Shown here: positions 61,939 through 64,000 of the stretch, one piece after another
Layout: each line of letters opens with the position of its first letter
How positions within the stretch are numbered: position 1 is the first letter of the stretch
The notes under the pieces: generated by a model
What the model was told of the DNA's origin: nothing
Databases searched by the model: none
The model's input: the letters and a program-made list of their open reading frames with translations, nothing else
Source of the DNA: an uncultured delta proteobacterium
GTDB taxonomy: Bacteria; Desulfobacterota; WTBG01; CAIYCZ01
Assembly (NCBI GenBank): GCA_963803975.1
Contig: CAWDOY010000048.1
Coordinates: 1-64,000 of the forward strand
Direction: 5' to 3'
Length of the DNA stretch: 64,000 bases
Program-made: the position numbers and the translations under genes

Positions 61939-62652
61939 ATGAAAAATGTATTCAAACTACTATCTGTTGCTTTAATCAGCCTGTGCCTGTTAATTGGCTG
62001 CGCCTCAACCGAGGTCACCAACCGCCAGCAGATTGTGACCGGGCAACTCCCAAAGCCCGCTAACATCTGGGTGTACGACTTTGCCGCCACGCCCGCCAAT
62101 GTTCCGGCTGACTCCTCGCTTGCCGGCCAGTATTCTGCACCCCCAACCCCCCAAACAGCCGAGCAGATTGCTGCCGGCCGTAAGGTAGGCGCTGAAATTG
62201 CGGCGCAGCTGGTCGAGCAGATCCAGGGCATGGGACTGCCAGCAAAACGGGCTGCGATTCGAACGAAGCCGCAAATCAACGATATTGTGATCCGGGGCTA
62301 TCTCCTCTCAGTTAATGAGGGCAGTGCCGGAAAGCGCGTCACAATCGGATTTAGCACCGGGGCGTCCGAGTTGAAGACAGCGGTCGAAGGCTTTCAAATG
62401 ACAAAGAAGGGACTGCGGAAACTTGGTTCCGGCACCGTGGATACCGGCGGAAGTAAGGGCCCGGGTATGGCAGCACCTGCTGCCATCGCCATTGCGAGCG
62501 GCAATCCCGTTGGCCTTATCGTCAGCGGCGGGATGAAATTGTATGGAGAAAAAAGCGGCAGCAGTAAGATTGAGGGCAGAGTCAAACAGACGGTCAAGGA
62601 GATCACCGACCAGCTCAGACAGAGATTCGAGGAACAGGGCTGGATCAATTAA
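61939..62652 (+). CDS. DUF4410-like lipoprotein
   Basis: SD AAGGAG; lipobox LIGC; IWVYDFAAT, NEGSAGKRVTIGF and C-terminal EQGWI. Confidence 0.8.
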   Translation: MKNVFKLLSVALISLCLLIGCASTEVTNRQQIVTGQLPKPANIWVYDFAATPANVPADSSLAGQYSAPPTPQTAEQIAAGRKVGAEIAAQLVEQIQGMGLPAKRAAIRTKPQINDIVIRGYLLSVNEGSAGKRVTIGFSTGASELKTAVEGFQMTKKGLRKLGSGTVDTGGSKGPGMAAPAAIAIASGNPVGLIVSGGMKLYGEKSGSSKIEGRVKQTVKEITDQLRQRFEEQGWIN

Positions 62653-62728
62653 TTCTTTTTTTGATATACTTTTATAAAGGAGAGCCAAATACCAACAGTT
62701 TGGGCGCTGAGCGCCTTTTGTAAGGTTC

Positions 62729-63819
62729 CTATCCGGTAGGAATCGTTACGATGGGAGCAGTCCCTTTTTCTCCGGTCTCCACCAGGGTGAAGACAAACAT
62801 CAAAAAGGAAAAGATTTTCTTGGACATCAAAGTCCCGGTCGTCGATCCAGAAATAGGAGTTTCGATAGGGGATCGAAACAAAGGCATCAGCGGGCTTTCC
62901 CGGTGAGCTGTGAATCGCGGATCAAGGGGCGGATTTTTTCACCCGCAGCTGTTTCCGCGAAAGTAGGGGACACCCGTTTTTCCTTCACATCGGAGGCAGG
63001 GACTTCGATATCCGTTGACATATCGACGAGGACTTCCAGTATCGACCGGGTCAGGATCGCGATCTCGGTATCATCCCGGGGAACGCTTCCATACACCACT
63101 TTAAACGCATCGGCCTCAGTGGCCAAACCCAGCGTCTTCCGAACCTTTATACCCAGCGCCTTTGTTTCCGGATCCCGCTTTCCCAGGATAATCGTCAAAG
63201 CTGTTTCTTCCTTGTCCACTTTTTTGAATCTCATCCCGATGCCCCCGGCCAGCTGGATCTTCCGCATGTTATCAAGCAGGGTATAAAATTCAGGGTCAGC
63301 GGACTGGGTCCTTGCTTCCCCGCCAAAGCGGTTCCGGATCCCGTTAACCTCATGGACCAGCAGCCGGAATACCATGTCCACCGGATAGCCGCCCTGGATA
63401 AGGCTGAGGATGGCGGAAGGAGGAATAGGGGACATCAGGCTGCGGGCAAATTTATCTCCGATGATGGGGGTGAACGTGATGGTCGGGCGGTCCACATATT
63501 GCCCGAATGCCCCCACGCTCTCGGAAGTGCTCCAGGGTTTGGTATTGATCGTTGAGCCCAGATTAACCTGTCCCGCAACCTGGTACTGGCTGATCACCGA
63601 AGAGACGTCCATGAAAACCGGGGCATCGCCATAGCGGATTTTGACCATGTTAAAGAGCATCTGGCGCTTCCACGAATCGGAAATGGCCTCCGTGTAATCG
63701 AACCGGTCACGCGATACGGTTTGCGGGCCGATGCCCGCGCACCCTGCGAGCAAAAGAATCACGAGACCTGATAACAGATAAGCAAAGGTCTTCATGCCCT
63801 GTATCTGTACACGTGCCAT
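62729..63819 (-). CDS. Hypothetical lipoprotein, frameshifts near the 3' end
   Basis: Lipobox LAGC; DRFDY..AISDSWKRQML.N.VK.RY.DAPVF. Alternative frames give DAFVSIPYRNSYFWIDDRD and APIVTIPTG. Confidence 0.7.
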
Positions 63820-63844
63820 ATTCCCTCCCGTCTGTGCATGCTTT

Positions 63845-64000
63845 TTATAGAAACGCCCCGGCTAACAGACTCAGCAGCTCTCCCACCGGCATAACCAGGA
63901 AAATGAGCGGCAGGCCGGGCAGGGACGCGAAAACCGCAATCTGGATGATATTCTGATTGCTGAAGGGAAACACCTTCATATCGCGGATCATCCCGAAGCT
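63845..64000 (-). CDS. C-terminus of a membrane protein running off the window
   Basis: SFGMIRDMKVFPF...LPGLPLIFLVMPVGELLSLLAGAFL-stop. Confidence 0.55.
   Translation of the reverse strand, partial: SFGMIRDMKVFPFSNQNIIQIAVFASLPGLPLIFLVMPVGELLSLLAGAFL

Noticed and set aside
1..64000. rRNA, tRNA, phage or integrase genes
   Set aside because: No such signatures were seen in the window.

Overview
Bacterial genomic window; gene content suggests an anaerobic deltaproteobacterium/Desulfobacterota-like organism (inference). Many genes carry single-base frameshifts, which looks like an unpolished long-read assembly. Left to right: (1-6.6 kb) a catabolic operon with three FAD-linked oxidoreductases, an amidohydrolase and a CCG-domain Fe-S protein; (6.8-11.9 kb) lipoproteins, a beta-propeller protein and a GGDEF protein; an intact IS1182-family element and an IS200 (TnpA-only) element; (13.6-29.4 kb) a long minus-strand envelope/osmotic-stress cluster (YbaY, lipase-like, SYLF, YidB-LysM, BON-LysM, HtpX, OmpA, MscL, AqpZ, repeat proteins); a sulfatase remnant split by a 108-bp IS200/IS605-type miniature element; an SBBP surface protein; a K+ channel and RND efflux system; and several DUF2092/DUF3313/DUF4410-like exported proteins. 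The most interesting part is 43.9-56.5 kb: a complete echA-F group 4 [NiFe]-hydrogenase operon whose EchF is in one reading frame with an aldehyde:ferredoxin oxidoreductase. It lies directly downstream of a fused EutB-EutC ethanolamine ammonia-lyase that appears to carry a Sec signal peptide, and of a GAF/PAS two-component system. This is a candidate ethanolamine -> acetaldehyde -> acetate + H2 energy-conserving module (an aldehyde-hydrogenlyase) with no microcompartment or transporter genes in the window. Family assignments are from motif recognition only; no database search was run.
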